A stretch of DNA of 64,000 nucleotides from Escherichia phage ime09: the sequence record NC_019503.1, one strand, 5' to 3'. How positions within the stretch are numbered: position 1 is the first letter of the stretch; each line of letters opens with the position of its first letter. Made by a program: the position numbers and the translations under genes. The notes below the pieces were generated by a model. That model was not told where the DNA came from, searched no databases, and worked only from the letters and a program-made list of their open reading frames with translations. Shown here piece after piece: positions 1 through 9,671 of this stretch.

Positions 1-734
1 TCCGCGCTGTTCACGGTATGGATGCTGATGCTGAACTGTCTGGTATTCTGGCTACCGAAATCATGCTGGAAATCAACCGTGAAGTTGTTGATTGGATTAA
101 CTACTCGGCTCAGGTTGGTAAATCTGGTATGACCCTGACTCCAGGTTCTAAAGCTGGTGTATTTGACTTCCAGGATCCGATTGATATTCGTGGTGCTCGC
201 TGGGCGGGTGAATCCTTTAAAGCTCTGTTGTTCCAGATTGACAAAGAAGCAGTTGAAATTGCTCGTCAGACCGGTCGTGGTGAAGGTAACTTCATTATCG
301 CTTCCCGTAACGTAGTTAACGTTCTGGCTTCAGTTGATACTGGCATTTCTTATGCTGCACAGGGTCTGGCTACCGGCTTTAACACTGATACTACCAAGTC
401 AGTATTTGCTGGTGTTCTGGGTGGTAAATACCGTGTATATATCGACCAGTATGCTAAACAGGATTATTTCACTGTAGGTTATAAAGGTCCGAACGAAATG
501 GATGCTGGTATTTACTATGCTCCATATGTAGCTCTGACTCCGCTGCGTGGTTCCGATCCGAAGAACTTCCAACCAGTAATGGGATTCAAAACTCGTTACG
601 GTATCGGTATCAACCCATTTGCAGAATCCGCTGCTCAGGCTCCGGCTTCTCGCATTCAAAGCGGTATGCCTTCTATTCTGAATAGCCTTGGTAAAAACGC
701 TTACTTCCGCCGTGTATATGTTAAAGGTATCTAA
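1..734 (+). CDS. 23: Major capsid protein gp23, C-terminal part (5' end lies outside the window)
   Basis: ORF 18..734 translation matches the T4 gp23 C-terminus as I recall it; reading frame is open from the window edge; followed by a GC stem-loop terminator. Confidence 0.9.
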   Translation, partial: RAVHGMDADAELSGILATEIMLEINREVVDWINYSAQVGKSGMTLTPGSKAGVFDFQDPIDIRGARWAGESFKALLFQIDKEAVEIARQTGRGEGNFIIASRNVVNVLASVDTGISYAAQGLATGFNTDTTKSVFAGVLGGKYRVYIDQYAKQDYFTVGYKGPNEMDAGIYYAPYVALTPLRGSDPKNFQPVMGFKTRYGIGINPFAESAAQAPASRIQSGMPSILNSLGKNAYFRRVYVKGI

Positions 735-747
735 TCTTTGACGATTT

Positions 748-779
748 AAGGGACCTTCGGGTCCCTTTAGTTGTTTTTA
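748..779 (+). terminator. Intrinsic terminator after gene 23 (gggacc-ttcg-ggtccc then T-rich tail)
   Basis: 6-bp GC stem with UUCG tetraloop at 750-765 followed by tttagttgttttta. Confidence 0.7.
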
Positions 780-782
780 TGG

Positions 783-790
783 TATAAATA
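783..790 (+). promoter_or_regulatory. T4-type late promoter TATAAATA upstream of gene 24
   Basis: Exact TATAAATA 28 nt upstream of the gene 24 ATG; followed by aaagga RBS. Confidence 0.6.
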
Positions 791-817
791 AATCATATAA
801 ACCAAAAGGAAAGCGCA

Positions 818-2101
818 ATGGCTAAAATCAACGAACTTCTGCGCGAATCAACCACAACGAATAGCAACTCAATCGGTCGCCCAAATCTCGTTGCTTTGAC
901 TCGCGCTACCACTAAATTAATATATTCTGACATTGTAGCAACGCAAAGAACTAATCAACCTGTTGCTGCTTTTTATGGTATCAAATACCTTAATCCAGAT
1001 AACGAATTTACATTTAAAACTGGTGCTACTTACGCTGGCGAAGCTGGATATGTAGACCGAGAACAAATCACAGAATTAACAGAAGAGTCTAAATTAACTC
1101 TCAATAAAGGCGATTTATTCAAATATAATAATATCGTTTATAAAGTATTAGAAGATACACCATTTGCTGATATTGAAGAAAGCGATTTAGAATTAGCTCT
1201 TCAGATTGCAATTGTTCTTTTAAAGGTTCGTTTATTTTCTGATGCTGCAGTAACAAGCAAATTTGAAAGCTCTGATAGTGAAATTGCGGATGCTAGATTC
1301 CAGATTAATAAATGGCAAACCGCAGTTAAATCTCGTAAACTTAAAACTGGCATTACGGTTGAATTAGCACAAGATTTAGAAGCAAATGGATTCGATGCTC
1401 CTAATTTCTTGGAAGATTTGCTTGCAACTGAAATGGCGGATGAAATCAATAAAGATATTCTGCAGTCTTTGATTACAGTGTCAAAACGCTATAAAGTTAC
1501 AGGAATTACTGATACTGGATTCATTGATTTGAGTTATGCATCTGCACCTGAAGCTGGTCGTTCATTATACCGAATGGTGTGTGAAATGGTTTCGCATATC
1601 CAAAAAGAATCAACTTATACTGCAACGTTCTGTGTTGCTTCAGCTCGTGCCGCTGCGATTCTTGCTGCATCAGGTTGGTTAAAACATAAACCAGAAGATG
1701 ATAAATATCTTTCACAAAATGCCTACGGGTTCTTAGCTAATGGTTTACCGCTTTATTGCGATACTAACAGCCCATTAGATTATGTAATCGTTGGTGTAGT
1801 AGAAAATATCGGTGAAAAAGAAATTGTTGGATCAATTTTCTATGCTCCGTATACAGAAGGTCTTGACTTAGATGACCCTGAACATGTAGGTGCATTTAAA
1901 GTTGTAGTTGATCCAGAAAGTTTGCAGCCATCTATCGGTTTATTAGTTAGATATGCTTTATCTGCAAATCCTTACACTGTAGCAAAAGATGAAAAAGAAG
2001 CAAGAGTAATTGATGGTGGAGACATGGATAAAATGGCGGGTCGTTCAGATTTGTCTGTTTTATTAGGTGTTAAGCTACCAAAAATTATCGTTGATGAATA
2101 A
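818..2101 (+). CDS. 24: Head vertex protein gp24
   Basis: 427 aa, same length as T4 gp24; immediately downstream of 23. Confidence 0.9.
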   Translation: MAKINELLRESTTTNSNSIGRPNLVALTRATTKLIYSDIVATQRTNQPVAAFYGIKYLNPDNEFTFKTGATYAGEAGYVDREQITELTEESKLTLNKGDLFKYNNIVYKVLEDTPFADIEESDLELALQIAIVLLKVRLFSDAAVTSKFESSDSEIADARFQINKWQTAVKSRKLKTGITVELAQDLEANGFDAPNFLEDLLATEMADEINKDILQSLITVSKRYKVTGITDTGFIDLSYASAPEAGRSLYRMVCEMVSHIQKESTYTATFCVASARAAAILAASGWLKHKPEDDKYLSQNAYGFLANGLPLYCDTNSPLDYVIVGVVENIGEKEIVGSIFYAPYTEGLDLDDPEHVGAFKVVVDPESLQPSIGLLVRYALSANPYTVAKDEKEARVIDGGDMDKMAGRSDLSVLLGVKLPKIIVDE

Positions 2102-2105
2102 AACA

Positions 2106-2130
2106 AAGGGACCGAAAGGTCCCTTTTTAT
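2106..2130. terminator. Bidirectional stem-loop terminator between convergent genes 24 and rnlB
   Basis: gggacc-gaaa-ggtccc flanked by an A-run upstream and a T-run downstream. Confidence 0.65.
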
Positions 2131-3135
2131 TTAACTTACCAATTCAATCCAAGCCGGACGAAGTACATCTTGTACCATTTTAACTAATTCCTTCTTAATC
2201 AAAGAAGGATTATCCGCTTGAGCTAAAGTAATACCTTCACGAGAAGTTTCTTCCAAAATATCTTGAACAGTTAGTCCCATCACCTTTCCAAAATCTTTTG
2301 GACCAATTTCGCCAATTTTAGAAATAACGTTATTTACTCGGTTCAGTGTAACGTAGCAAGCTAAAATTCCAACCAATTTGTTATCAGCTTCTGACAGTTC
2401 AACTTTAGCTTTAATAGGCTTATCAGACTTTTTCTTTTCACTAAATTTAGAGTTCTTGCATTTGATGGCTACACGATTGCGATTAGGCAGCCAAGAAGGA
2501 TAACAAGGTTTCAATACATATCCTTCAGCGGTAAATACTTCGCCTTTTGCTTCAGCATTCCAAACGCATTTATTTGCATCAACTAATCCAGCATGGTCTA
2601 CCGTAAAATTATAATCCTGTACGACAGAATCTAAATCATTTGGCAATTTAATCAGCTCTTCAAATTTACCGCGACCTAAAAGTGGAGCCATTTTAAATTT
2701 AAATGTATTACAGAATGATTCCATCATATAATCATCGACATAAGTTACATCACCACTTTCTGTAGTAACAATAATGTCAAATACATAAAAGTCTTTATCG
2801 CCATAATCGACATTCTTCTGAATGCCAGGTCCGGCGAATTCACCAAAGACTTGATAAGATACAACTGCTGAAGTTTCCATAATATCTTGCACTGCTTTAA
2901 TGGAATCAGCGTAATTCTTCAAAATAATTTCATACCCAAAGAAATCTTCAGCAGGAAGAATAGGACCAGTACGTTTAGCACAAGTTACTTTATCACGCTC
3001 AATAATTAGCGAGAAATTTGTACCATGAATCTTTTCACGAGCTACCCATTCGCCGCCAGTCAATCCTAAACTGTAAAGTTTTTCAATGAATTTAGAATTG
3101 TAATGATTTTCAAGACTGCTATACTTTTTAAACAT
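2131..3135 (-). CDS. rnlB: RNA ligase 2
   Basis: 334 aa; KIHGTN nucleotidyltransferase motif near the N-terminus; T4 Rnl2 length and position. Confidence 0.9.
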   Translation of the reverse strand: MFKKYSSLENHYNSKFIEKLYSLGLTGGEWVAREKIHGTNFSLIIERDKVTCAKRTGPILPAEDFFGYEIILKNYADSIKAVQDIMETSAVVSYQVFGEFAGPGIQKNVDYGDKDFYVFDIIVTTESGDVTYVDDYMMESFCNTFKFKMAPLLGRGKFEELIKLPNDLDSVVQDYNFTVDHAGLVDANKCVWNAEAKGEVFTAEGYVLKPCYPSWLPNRNRVAIKCKNSKFSEKKKSDKPIKAKVELSEADNKLVGILACYVTLNRVNNVISKIGEIGPKDFGKVMGLTVQDILEETSREGITLAQADNPSLIKKELVKMVQDVLRPAWIELVS

Positions 3136-3144
3136 AATTAATCC

Positions 3145-3423
3145 TCAAAATGTAATTTCTAACCAATCACCATCACGCTGATCACTATTGACTTTAAAGC
3201 TAAATCCTTCTTTTCTCAGCCAATCACCAATTTCTTCAGTAATCAATTTATCGCGAGCAGTACAATAATAACTAAAATATGTTTTACCTTGTTCAGCTGC
3301 TTTATTAGCAAGTTCCGAAAAATCTTTAATAAAACACTCTAGCTTAAACTGTTTACTTTTAAGTGCTTTTTCACGTAATTGATTAGCAAAAGATTCATTT
3401 TCATAAAGATCATACTGTTCCAT
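3145..3423 (-). CDS. Hypothetical protein (T4 24.2 position)
   Basis: 92-aa ORF with compact spacing to neighbours, same strand as rnlB. Confidence 0.55.
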   Translation of the reverse strand: MEQYDLYENESFANQLREKALKSKQFKLECFIKDFSELANKAAEQGKTYFSYYCTARDKLITEEIGDWLRKEGFSFKVNSDQRDGDWLEITF

Positions 3424-3625
3424 TTTTCACCTTTTTATTAATATGCCTTTTTCTATAGACAACTTTTTCTCGAGTTTCAAATTTATTCTTAGCAGTCATA
3501 GCTCGAGCCCATAATACAGCCACTTCCTTTGCCTGTAAGTTCAATTCACGAGCAATTTCAATGAATGACTTTCCAGACTCATGAAGAGTAAACACCACAA
3601 CCTCAGTTCTCATAATCAATCTCAT
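3410..3625 (-). CDS. Hypothetical small protein with helix-turn-helix-like segment (T4 24.3 position)
   Basis: 71-aa ORF; segment SGKSFIEIARELNLQAKEVA resembles an HTH. Confidence 0.5.
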   Translation of the reverse strand: MRLIMRTEVVVFTLHESGKSFIEIARELNLQAKEVAVLWARAMTAKNKFETREKVVYRKRHINKKVKNGTV

Positions 3626-3687
3626 GTTATCGAGTTGGTGCCATTATATACATCATTTTCTGAGTGTGTTTTGTGTGCTTTCAAAAT

Positions 3688-3712
3688 GAAGAAAGGGGCC
3701 GAAGCCCCTTAT
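3688..3712 (-). terminator. Stem-loop terminator downstream of hoc
   Basis: ggggc-cgaa-gcccc at 3696-3709; on the minus strand it is followed by tttcttcatttt. Confidence 0.6.
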
Positions 3713-3714
3713 GA

Positions 3715-5133
3715 TTATGGATAGGTATAGATGATACCAGTTTCTAAAGCAGTTTTATGAATGATGTATCCATTACGTGATTCTTGAACATCAACTTCTG
3801 GATAGTCTTTCATCATCTTCTGAAGAGTGTAACGATGCAGGTAGTATTTACTATCTGGATCTTCAGTTTTCCAATCTTTACCTTCTTCGGTCATTTTTTG
3901 GATTTCATCCATAACCCACCAACCGCACCAGATATAAGCCGAAGTACGATGTGGAAGAGGATGAACATAAGGCAATTCACCTTCTGGTTCTGGAGCAACT
4001 TTATCAGTTACCTGAACTTGACCTTCTGCTGTGATAGTTTTGCTATCATAATCAGTAGCAGTAACAGTTGCAGTAACTTCAATAGTTTGACTTCCAATAG
4101 ATGATGTATCAACCGTGTATACATTAGTTGACCCTTCTACTGGAGAAGAATCTTTCTTCCATGAATATTCGATTTGTGCTTCTTCTGGAGCATCCGTAAC
4201 ATTAGCAGTAAATGTAGCCGAAGCATCTTGCTGAACGTTAATAGAAGGAGGAGTCAATGTAACCTGTGGATTCATTGTTTTCTTATTAACAGTCAATGAT
4301 ACTTCATTAGAAGTAACTTCCTTTTCATTGTAATTTTCTGCAGTTACTTGAGCTACACACTTAACTGTTTTAGCTCCAACTGTGGTAGGAGTATAGTTAA
4401 ATGTAGTAGTAGTTTCTCCATCGACCAGAGAACCGTCAACATACCACTGATACGTAGCAGACGCTCCTGGTGGCTGTGAAGCCAAGGCAGCAGTAAATTG
4501 AACTGGGGTTCCAATTACCCCGGCAGCAGGATTAGCAGGAGTTACTGCCAAGGTAGTCGTCTGCGTCTTCTTATTAACTGTTAATGATACTTCATTAGAA
4601 GTAACGCTTAGTGTATCATAATCTGCCGCAGTTACTTGAGCTACACACTTGATTTTTTTAACTCCGCTTGTGTCAGGAGTGTAATTGAATGTAGCGTCAG
4701 TTGCTTCGTCTACAGGAGAACCGTCAACGTGCCATTGATACGTAGCGTTTGCACCTGATGGCTGTGAAGCTAAGGCAGCGGTAAATTCAATTGGAGTTCC
4801 AATCACTCCAGCATCAGGGCTACCAGGAGTTACAGCTAAAGTAGTTGTTTGTGTCTTATTTTGAACTGTGATAGTTGTACTAATTTCTGCTGTTTCAGGT
4901 TCAGATTCTGCAACTTGATTGGTTGCAACTACTTTAATAGTCTTTTGACCGGCAGGTCCTTTTAGTACATAACTAAAAGTTGCTGACGTTTCTTCCTGTG
5001 GAGCGTCGTCTACAGTCCAAGCATATGTAATAGGTCCATCTCCAGTTTGACCACTGGGTGTAGCAGTAAACTGCTGAGTCTGATCTATAACTCCAGTAGG
5101 TGTTTTAGGAGTTATATCAACTGTAAAAGCCAT
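3715..5133 (-). CDS. hoc: Highly immunogenic outer capsid protein Hoc, 472 aa with an extra Ig-like domain
   Basis: Repeated Ig-like modules (TLAVTP...YQW.VDGS...KCVAQVTA...EVSLTVNKKT) and position between 24.x and inh; T4 Hoc is 376 aa. Confidence 0.85.
   Translation of the reverse strand: MAFTVDITPKTPTGVIDQTQQFTATPSGQTGDGPITYAWTVDDAPQEETSATFSYVLKGPAGQKTIKVVATNQVAESEPETAEISTTITVQNKTQTTTLAVTPGSPDAGVIGTPIEFTAALASQPSGANATYQWHVDGSPVDEATDATFNYTPDTSGVKKIKCVAQVTAADYDTLSVTSNEVSLTVNKKTQTTTLAVTPANPAAGVIGTPVQFTAALASQPPGASATYQWYVDGSLVDGETTTTFNYTPTTVGAKTVKCVAQVTAENYNEKEVTSNEVSLTVNKKTMNPQVTLTPPSINVQQDASATFTANVTDAPEEAQIEYSWKKDSSPVEGSTNVYTVDTSSIGSQTIEVTATVTATDYDSKTITAEGQVQVTDKVAPEPEGELPYVHPLPHRTSAYIWCGWWVMDEIQKMTEEGKDWKTEDPDSKYYLHRYTLQKMMKDYPEVDVQESRNGYIIHKTALETGIIYTYP
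4291..4860 (-). repeat. Tandem ~285-bp direct repeat inside hoc encoding two near-identical Ig-like domains
   Basis: Protein residues ~92-186 and ~187-281 are highly similar; the underlying DNA blocks at roughly 4291-4575 and 4576-4860 align. Confidence 0.75.
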
Positions 5134-5142
5134 AAGTTATCC

Positions 5143-5823
5143 TTATTTTAATGTTACGAAAGAAGAATTGCGTGTTTCACGAATTAGAACTGATCCGTCA
5201 CGGTTAATGTAGTAAATTAAGCTAAATAAAGTTTGATGTGCCGACGCGTGTTCAAAACTAGTTGGGTGAGATTTCCAATCCGGAGTTTCAGCAATCCACT
5301 GGTAAATCCACCAAGGAACAGTGCAGAATCCTGGATTTTTTCCAATCAGCTGAAGATTCGGACTAAAGTTTTCCGGAAGAGTAAATACAGACGGCTTTTC
5401 AGATTCAATAATCTCAGCTACAGCCTGTTCGAATTTTTCTTCAACAAAAGGAGTATCTTCAATCAAAACATCGGTATTTTCGGGAATTTTATCCATTTCG
5501 ACTACTTCAATTTTAATGTCAGATTTAACCGGAGAATCAATCAGAAGTGCTGCTTCTGGATTGACTTCTTCATCGTCATATTTTAATCCCTCTGCGGCAT
5601 CAGCAGCATTGATTAAGTCTTTAATAGATAACCCATCAGTCTCTGGCATAGGTTCACTAGCGAGCTTCTGGAGGGCTTCTTCAATATCATTAACGATATT
5701 ATCAAAAGATTTATTCTTTTTGACCTTTATACCAAACTGTTCAGCATATTCAGCTAATTTAGCCTTAGCTTCTTTATTATCATCAAGAGCCTTCAGCTCT
5801 GCAATATAATCTTTATCTATCAT
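5143..5823 (-). CDS. inh: Probable Inh (prohead protease inhibitor)
   Basis: 226-aa acidic protein in the position between hoc and uvsW. Confidence 0.6.
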   Translation of the reverse strand: MIDKDYIAELKALDDNKEAKAKLAEYAEQFGIKVKKNKSFDNIVNDIEEALQKLASEPMPETDGLSIKDLINAADAAEGLKYDDEEVNPEAALLIDSPVKSDIKIEVVEMDKIPENTDVLIEDTPFVEEKFEQAVAEIIESEKPSVFTLPENFSPNLQLIGKNPGFCTVPWWIYQWIAETPDWKSHPTSFEHASAHQTLFSLIYYINRDGSVLIRETRNSSFVTLK

Positions 5824-5836
5824 AATATTTCCTCAG

Positions 5837-5844
5837 TATAAATA
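5837..5844 (+). promoter_or_regulatory. Late promoter TATAAATA upstream of uvsW
   Basis: Exact TATAAATA 30 nt upstream of the uvsW ATG. Confidence 0.55.
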
Positions 5845-5873
5845 TAGATATATTTATTACATGGTATTTAGAC

Positions 5874-7385
5874 ATGACTGACATTAAAGTACATTTTTAT
5901 GATTTTAGTCACGTGAGAATTGATTGTGAAGAAAGTACATTTCATGAACTCCGTGATTTCTTTAGCTTCGAAGCTGATGGGTATCGTTTTAATCCGAAAT
6001 ACAAGTATGGTCACTGGGATGGACGAATCCGTCTATTAGATTATAATCGCCTTCTTCCGTTTGGTTTAGTCGGGCAAATTAAAAAGTTCTGCGATAACTT
6101 TGGCTATAAAGCTTGGATTGACCCGCAAATTAACGAAAAAGAAGAATTATCAAGAAAAGATTTTGATGAATGGCTTTCTAAGTTAGAAATCTATTCAGGA
6201 AATAAAAGAATTGAACCACACTGGTATCAAAAAGATGCAGTGTTCGAAGGATTAGTTAATCGTCGTAGAATTCTTAATCTTCCAACATCCGCAGGTAAAT
6301 CTTTAATTCAAGCTTTGCTTGCACGTTATTATTTGGAAAATTATGAAGGTAAAATTCTTATCATTGTTCCAACAACTGCTTTAACAACTCAGATGGCTGA
6401 TGACTTTGTTGATTATCGTTTATTCAGTCATGCAATGATAAAGAAAATCGGCGGCGGAGCATCAAAAGATGATAAATATAAAAATGATGCACCGGTAATT
6501 GTTGGTACATGGCAAACTGTAGTAAAACAACCAAAAGAATGGTTCTCACAGTTTGGAATGATGATGAATGATGAATGCCATCTTGCCACAGGAAAAAGTA
6601 TTTCATCTATCATATCAGGTTTAAATAACTGCATGTTTAAATTTGGTTTGTCCGGTTCATTGCGTGATGGCAAAGCTAATATCATGCAGTATGTTGGAAT
6701 GTTTGGTGAAATATTTAAGCCAGTAACGACTTCTAAATTAATGGAAGATGGACAAGTAACTGAGTTAAAAATTAATAGTATTTTTCTTCGCTATCCCGAT
6801 GAGTTCACTACTAAATTAAAGGGAAAAACTTACCAAGAAGAAATAAAAATTATTACTGGGCTCAGTAAAAGAAATAAATGGATCGCTAAATTAGCTATTA
6901 AGCTTGCACAAAAAGATGAAAACGCTTTTGTCATGTTTAAACACGTATCACACGGTAAAGCTATTTTCGATTTAATTAAAAATGAATACGATAAAGTTTA
7001 TTACGTATCAGGGGAAGTTGATACCGAAACACGCAACGTAATGAAAACCCTAGCTGAAAACGGTAAAGGAATAATTATAGTAGCTAGTTATGGTGTATTT
7101 TCTACTGGTATTTCAGTTAAAAATCTGCATCACGTTGTTTTAGCACACGGTGTTAAATCTAAAATTATTGTATTGCAAACAATAGGTCGCGTATTACGTA
7201 AGCATGGTTCCAAAACAATCGCAACGGTCTGGGACCTCATTGACGATTGTGGCGTTAAACCAAAATCTGCTAATACGAAAAAGAAATATGTTCATTTGAA
7301 CTATCTTTTAAAACACGGCATTGATCGTATTCAGCGCTACGCAGATGAAAAATTTAATTACGTAATGAAAACAGTTAATTTATAA
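5874..7385 (+). CDS. uvsW: UvsW DNA/RNA helicase (SF2)
   Basis: 503 aa; Walker A-like PTSAGKS, DEAD-box variant DECH, helicase C-terminal motifs. Confidence 0.9.
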   Translation: MTDIKVHFYDFSHVRIDCEESTFHELRDFFSFEADGYRFNPKYKYGHWDGRIRLLDYNRLLPFGLVGQIKKFCDNFGYKAWIDPQINEKEELSRKDFDEWLSKLEIYSGNKRIEPHWYQKDAVFEGLVNRRRILNLPTSAGKSLIQALLARYYLENYEGKILIIVPTTALTTQMADDFVDYRLFSHAMIKKIGGGASKDDKYKNDAPVIVGTWQTVVKQPKEWFSQFGMMMNDECHLATGKSISSIISGLNNCMFKFGLSGSLRDGKANIMQYVGMFGEIFKPVTTSKLMEDGQVTELKINSIFLRYPDEFTTKLKGKTYQEEIKIITGLSKRNKWIAKLAIKLAQKDENAFVMFKHVSHGKAIFDLIKNEYDKVYYVSGEVDTETRNVMKTLAENGKGIIIVASYGVFSTGISVKNLHHVVLAHGVKSKIIVLQTIGRVLRKHGSKTIATVWDLIDDCGVKPKSANTKKKYVHLNYLLKHGIDRIQRYADEKFNYVMKTVNL

Positions 7386-7410
7386 GGGCTTCGGCCCTTT
7401 GGAGAAAAAG

Positions 7411-7641
7411 ATGTTACTAGAATTTAAACAATTTCTTTATGAAGCTTCTATTGATGAATTTATGGGTAAAATTGCCTCTTGTCAAACATTAGAAGGTCTA
7501 GAAGAACTTGAAGCTTATTACAAGAAAAGAGTTAAAGAAACTGAATTAAAAGATACTGATGACATCTCTGTGAGAGATGCTTTGGCAGGAAAAAGAGCTG
7601 AATTAGAAGATTCAGACGATGAAGTAGAAGAAAGCTTTTAA
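7411..7641 (+). CDS. uvsW.1: UvsW.1 small acidic protein
   Basis: 76 aa from the ATG at 7411 preceded by a GGAG RBS; the ORF track's start at 7399 is a TTG. Confidence 0.65.
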   Translation: MLLEFKQFLYEASIDEFMGKIASCQTLEGLEELEAYYKKRVKETELKDTDDISVRDALAGKRAELEDSDDEVEESF

Positions 7642-7644
7642 ATT

Positions 7645-7675
7645 AAAAAAGGCCCAACCAAAAAGGAAGGGCCAA
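7645..7675 (-). terminator. Minus-strand terminator-like hairpin (ggccc-13 nt loop-gggcc then T6)
   Basis: On the minus strand the stem is followed by tttttt; lies downstream of the 55-aa ORF. Confidence 0.45.
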
Positions 7676-7696
7676 AACTATAGACTAAAGGTCACA

Positions 7697-7864
7697 CTAT
7701 AGCAAAAGTTGTGTTTCATTTAATTGTTCTTCCGAACTTTCTGAAACTGGTAGTTCTTTAATGTAATTATAACAAGGCCCAGGATGTACAGGACCTTTGT
7801 CTGTTTCAACAACCAATGCAGAATCGATTGGAGTTTTACAGACAACACAAATCTTATCTGACAT
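7697..7864 (-). CDS. Small 55-aa protein with CxxC...H...C arrangement (possible zinc ribbon); absent from the ORF track
   Basis: ATG at 7864 preceded by a GAGGAG RBS and a TATAAATA late promoter (7890-7897, minus); translation MSDKICVVCKTPIDSALVVETDKGPVHPGPCYNY... Confidence 0.55.
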   Translation of the reverse strand: MSDKICVVCKTPIDSALVVETDKGPVHPGPCYNYIKELPVSESSEEQLNETQLLL

Positions 7865-7892
7865 GATTGTCTCCTCTAAATTATATATCTAT

Positions 7893-8117
7893 TTATATAA
7901 CTCTCATATGCATATCAATGCCCATATCTTTGGAATAAAAATATTCATCAAGATATCCGGCAAATTTTCCTTTAACATAAAGTACATCTTCACCACATGG
8001 ATGGTCGGCCAGGATACGAATATCCTGACGCTTGAGATTATACTTTTTCATTAAGAATTGAATTTCCGTTTCAAATTCTTCTTCATAATTAAAAGCATTG
8101 ATGATGCTATATCTCAT
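7893..8117 (-). CDS. Hypothetical protein (uvsY.-1 position)
   Basis: 74-aa ORF directly downstream of uvsY, overlapping its stop. Confidence 0.55.
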   Translation of the reverse strand: MRYSIINAFNYEEEFETEIQFLMKKYNLKRQDIRILADHPCGEDVLYVKGKFAGYLDEYFYSKDMGIDMHMRVI

Positions 8118-8530
8118 TATTTTCCAGCCTCAAATGCTCGCATGTCTTGAATATGCTTAATAGCAAATCCGCGTGATTTAATAGCATCAAGAGCTCCGCT
8201 ACAGAAATCCAATAAAATTCCCCAATATTGTAATGAAGTATCAACTTTTAAAACATCCTTATCAGCTGATAGAACTGTCTTCATTTCTGATTTCTCATAG
8301 CGGTCCATACTAAATTCATCACCATCTCCTCGTCCCGAGTAGTAGTCTAATCTAGCTTTAAGAGCAACTTTTTTCTGTGCGTCAATTCTAAGCATTTCCT
8401 TTTTAATACTTGAATGCTTATTAAGCCATTTGCTATATAACATCACATTATTAGCTGCTTCATACTGTAATTTAGTCGAATCTATAAACACATCTTTCTT
8501 CAATTCTTCTTGAAGATCTTCTAATTTCAT
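8117..8530 (-). CDS. uvsY: UvsY recombination mediator
   Basis: 137 aa as in T4; synteny uvsW - uvsY - 25. Confidence 0.9.
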   Translation of the reverse strand: MKLEDLQEELKKDVFIDSTKLQYEAANNVMLYSKWLNKHSSIKKEMLRIDAQKKVALKARLDYYSGRGDGDEFSMDRYEKSEMKTVLSADKDVLKVDTSLQYWGILLDFCSGALDAIKSRGFAIKHIQDMRAFEAGK

Positions 8531-8596
8531 ATTGTTCTCTATTCAATTGTTATTGGATGGACTTAGATTCATTATACCACGTTTATACGTGAAGCA

Positions 8597-8995
8597 TTAT
8601 ACTCTGTTACTGGAAGCTAGTTGCAGTTTTATCTGCTCAATATCATCAGGGTTATCGATGACCGAAAAGCGTATTTCTACTATCAGAGTATAATCATCAT
8701 AAACTGGTATTACATTAACTGCTAATTTATCAATACGTGGCTCGTAGTTTCTTACTGCGCTTTCAATGTTACGCTCAACAGTATCAGCAGTAAGAGGAGT
8801 CATATTCTCAAAAAGCTGGTCAGATAAATCACATCCAAATTCCGGGTCAAATGGCCTTGACCCTTTCCTGGTTGTAATAATTCCTAAAAGGCTATTTTTA
8901 ATTGACCTTAATCCAAGAGATCTGGAAACGTCTTTGTCCCAATCCATTTTCATTTCTGGGTCAATGTCAGAATAAAGCTTATTAATATTTGCCAT
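8597..8995 (-). CDS. 25: Baseplate wedge protein gp25
   Basis: 132 aa as in T4; adjacent to 26. Confidence 0.9.
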   Translation of the reverse strand: MANINKLYSDIDPEMKMDWDKDVSRSLGLRSIKNSLLGIITTRKGSRPFDPEFGCDLSDQLFENMTPLTADTVERNIESAVRNYEPRIDKLAVNVIPVYDDYTLIVEIRFSVIDNPDDIEQIKLQLASSNRV

Positions 8996-9621
8996 TACAA
9001 TAGCTCAAAGAATTCTTTGAGTCCTCTTATTACATGAGCGTGAGTTTTTCCACACTCTGGACACTTAATTGGAACAGCCAAATAAACAGTAGGCTTTAAA
9101 AGCATATCTTTTATAGCTACAATATCTGACTCTGTGATGATAGAATATAAATCTTCCAATTCTTTTTCATTTAAGTCTTCAACTGGAATGCTTTCACCGT
9201 TAGCATGAATCGTTTCTATACATGATACTATCATGTGGGCTATATTTTTATCATCAAAAATTTTAGGGTAATGGAACTTAATTTTAATGTCACCCAGTGT
9301 ATACCAGAGGTCTTCTGGTGCATCTATTTGTGTATGTAATAGATTTATATGGGTTGGTATTTCAGTTCCACAGATGCACTTCCAGGAGTTTTCGTGATTA
9401 ACTTCTCCAAGAGAATGTGCCCATAAATGAATCAGCAGTAGTTCTGATTCTTGACGGTTTAAATCTTTTGCATTTGTACAGTCTTTGATTAGCTTTTTAA
9501 CGATCTCTTCTACTGAACCGTTCTTTTTAGCAGTAATAAGTTCTAGATATTCTTTAAGAGTAAATGCGCGACAGTTGATTATTTTAGAACCAACTCTCAC
9601 GTCAAATTTGTATTCATACAT
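8995..9621 (-). CDS. 26: Baseplate hub protein gp26
   Basis: 208 aa; synteny. Confidence 0.85.
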   Translation of the reverse strand: MYEYKFDVRVGSKIINCRAFTLKEYLELITAKKNGSVEEIVKKLIKDCTNAKDLNRQESELLLIHLWAHSLGEVNHENSWKCICGTEIPTHINLLHTQIDAPEDLWYTLGDIKIKFHYPKIFDDKNIAHMIVSCIETIHANGESIPVEDLNEKELEDLYSIITESDIVAIKDMLLKPTVYLAVPIKCPECGKTHAHVIRGLKEFFELL

Positions 9622-9643
9622 ATTTAGCTCCTTTATTTATCAT

Positions 9644-9654
9644 ATTTATAAATA
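9644..9654. promoter_or_regulatory. Divergent overlapping late promoters (tatttataaata) serving gene 26 (minus) and gene 51 (plus)
   Basis: TATAAATA reads on the plus strand at 9647-9654 and on the minus strand at 9644-9651, between divergent starts at 9621 and 9672. Confidence 0.6.
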
Positions 9655-9671
9655 GAATAAAAGGAGCATCT

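Noticed and set aside
399-659. Antisense ORFs inside well-supported genes (for example 399..659 in 23, 1201..1449 and 1521..1715 in 24, 3784..4104 in hoc, 5233..5809 in inh, 6424..6685 in uvsW, 45274..45703 in 34, 52603..53292 in 37)
   Set aside because: They lie wholly within longer ORFs with clear identity on the opposite strand, have no RBS or promoter context and show low-complexity or odd composition; these are typical shadow ORFs.
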